From: Azolla caroliniana
Taxonomy: Eukaryota; Plantae; Polypodiophyta
DNA length: 64,000 bases
Assembly: GCA_043228905.1 (NCBI GenBank)
Contig: JBHGNT010000012.1
Location: 6,014,001 to 6,078,000, forward strand
Direction: 5' to 3'
The notes under the pieces were generated by a model that made no database searches, was not told the origin of the DNA, and saw only the letters and a list, made by a program, of their open reading frames with translations. This document shows positions 61,990-64,000 of this stretch, one piece after another (position 1 is the stretch's first letter; every line of letters starts with the position of its first letter). Position numbers and translations under genes: made by a program.

Positions 61990-64000
61990 TGTTGGTTAAT
62001 GTCGACAGTTATGCGGAAGTGTGGGTTCGGATCTTATGGCTATGAACAACAAACAACATACACACAGAAGATAGAGAAGGCAGATATAGACTTACACAGT
62101 TGCAAGCTTTAATGGAAAGCTTCTTATTTCTGTACAACACGTTTTCTCTCTCTCAGAGATTACAATCGTCTCCTCGTCATCGTCATCATCATCGTCGTCT
62201 CATTACAATGTTAGGTATTCGCTTATATACTAAGCCCTAACTTATTAACGAGTTCACACTCGGACGTATACAACTTGGAAGGAGTCGGCCTTTTATGCCA
62301 ACAAACTCCCGTAAAAGGACTACTCTTTCTTGCATGTACAAGTGCTTGGGGTTATCTCTCCCGTAAACCTAGATTACAAATTTAACTAGATCTTATGTTA
62401 CAAGTCTGTCGGCAAGTAGCCGACTCGGCAGAGGTATAATATGAGTGTCGGTCAGCTCTTACCTTCTGCTCCTCGTTCGGCTTTCTTCTGCTCGGTCGCT
62501 TGTCACAGCCCCATCTTTGTCCTTAGTGTTCCAAAGCGTTGATCTGGGAGTAGTTTCGTCAGGCAATCGGCGATGTTCACCTTGGTGTCGATCTTCCATG
62601 TTACGGGCATGACCATATAATATCCTGTGGTGAGAATTTACCGTAGTATTCTCACCACGGGATATTATATGGTCATGCCTGTAACATTCCAGACTTCGAG
62701 TTTCTTCTCAGTCACGAGCTCTCGAATATGATGATACCGCACCTCAATGTGCTTTGTCTTCTCATGGTAGACGAGATTGTTGATGAGGTGTATTGCGCTT
62801 TGTGAGTCACAATAGATGGTCGGCACTGGTCGGTCTATTCGGTTTGTAGTTCCGAAATCGGCAGACAGTCGGTGCAGCCAGATCGCTTCCTTCGCTGCTT
62901 CCGATGCTGCTATGTACTCGACTTTTGTGGTAGATAGAGCCGTGCACTCCTGAAGTTTCGACCTCCATGATATTGCACCGCCACCATAGGTGAAGATGTA
63001 GCTTGATGTCGATTTCCAATTATTTGTGTTTCTAGCGTAGTCGGAATCGGTGTAGCCTTCGACTTCGGTTGATGTTGTCGAACCGAATGTCAGTTGTGCA
63101 TCCGTGGTTCCTTTCAAATACCTAAGGATGTGCTTGACGACCTCCCAATGCTTCTTTCTTGGGTTTGACATGTACCGACTGGCCACCCCTATGACATAGG
63201 CTAGGTCGGGTCGGGTCGCCACCATTGCGTACATGATACTTCCTACTGCCGATGCGTAGGGTATCTTTCCATTAAGCTCTCTCTCCTTGTCGTTTGCAGG
63301 ATCTTTGCTTGATTGCTCCCTGCAATCAACATGTCGTCAACATAAAGGATCAGATAGATCCTGAACTCGTCGGCCAGTTGCCGAACATACATGCATGGGT
63401 CGGAGTTTGATATGTTGTATCCAAGCTGCCTTATGTGGGAGTGGAACTTCTGGTACCACATTCTCAGCACTTGTTTTAGGCCATATAGACTTTTCTTTAG
63501 TCGACATACGAGGTGACAATCCTCCCCCGTCGCTGTGAAGCCTACCAATTGAGACATGTATATGTCTTCTTCCAGATCTTCGTGTAGGAATGTTGTCTTT
63601 ACGTCCATCTGCTCGAGCTCTAGATCTTTTGTCGCCACGACTCCTAGTAGGAGTCGGAGGGTGGTAATCTTGACTACTGGTCCGAATATCTCGTTGTAGT
63701 TGACCCCGTATTCCTGTTTGAATCCTTTCGCAACAAGCCGAGCTTTGTACTTGGGTTTCTCTGAGTCAGATACACACTTGTATCAGAACACCCATTTGCA
63801 TGGTAGTGGTTTTCTTCCTATTGGTAGTTCGACCAACTCCCATGTCTGATTCTGATGAATCGAGTCCATTTCGGATTTCATGGCTTGCAACCATGTTTCG
63901 TCGTCCGGTGTGGCCATAGCTTCGTCATACGTGCTTGGTTCGTCTACATCCGTGTAGTTGACATAGTCGAGGCCCGGTTGATAAAACTCTGTTTGCCTTC
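61990..64000 (-). mobile_element. Ty1/Copia retrotransposon H, 3' part (RT-RNase H, putative 3' LTR 61990-62303), runs off the window
   Basis: CKWVF, YKARLVAKGF, YVDDML, TRPDL, YTDSD, KHIEVRYH; internal RT deletion ~63290; TGTTGG...CCAACA LTR candidate. Confidence 0.88.
62599..62686. mobile_element. 88-bp foldback (MITE-like) insertion with TG...CA ends
   Basis: 39-bp inverted arms (2 G-T mismatches), 10-nt centre, TSD TTCCA; removing it restores the Copia frame LEVWKIDTK. Confidence 0.88.

Overview
Transposon-dense land-plant nuclear DNA. The host is probably a non-seed plant such as a fern, lycophyte or bryophyte, inferred from Tcn1-like chromoviruses and a Sola-type transposase. The first ~43 kb are two nests resolvable by LTR pairs and 5-bp target-site duplications (TSDs). 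Nest 1: Copia A contains Copia B, which contains Copia C. Nest 2: an L1-like LINE contains Copia F and chromovirus D, and D contains the very young chromovirus E. There are also solo LTRs, LINE fragments and DNA-transposon remnants. The only clear host gene is an intronless non-RD G-type lectin S-domain receptor kinase (54299-57079, minus strand). Most interesting: D and E have LTRs that do not align beyond the terminal TGTCATG, yet share an ordered module set. It comprises an antisense tRNA-like A/B-box cassette at the LTR edge, heat-shock-element arrays, a TATA box, and a Tf1-type self-primer 33 nt downstream that complements a non-tRNA primer-binding site (PBS). Both also carry a GTTAAAC slippery site plus stem/pseudoknot -1 frameshift signal. 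An 88-bp foldback element with TG...CA ends and a 5-bp TSD sits at 62599-62686. All calls were read by eye; no searches were run.
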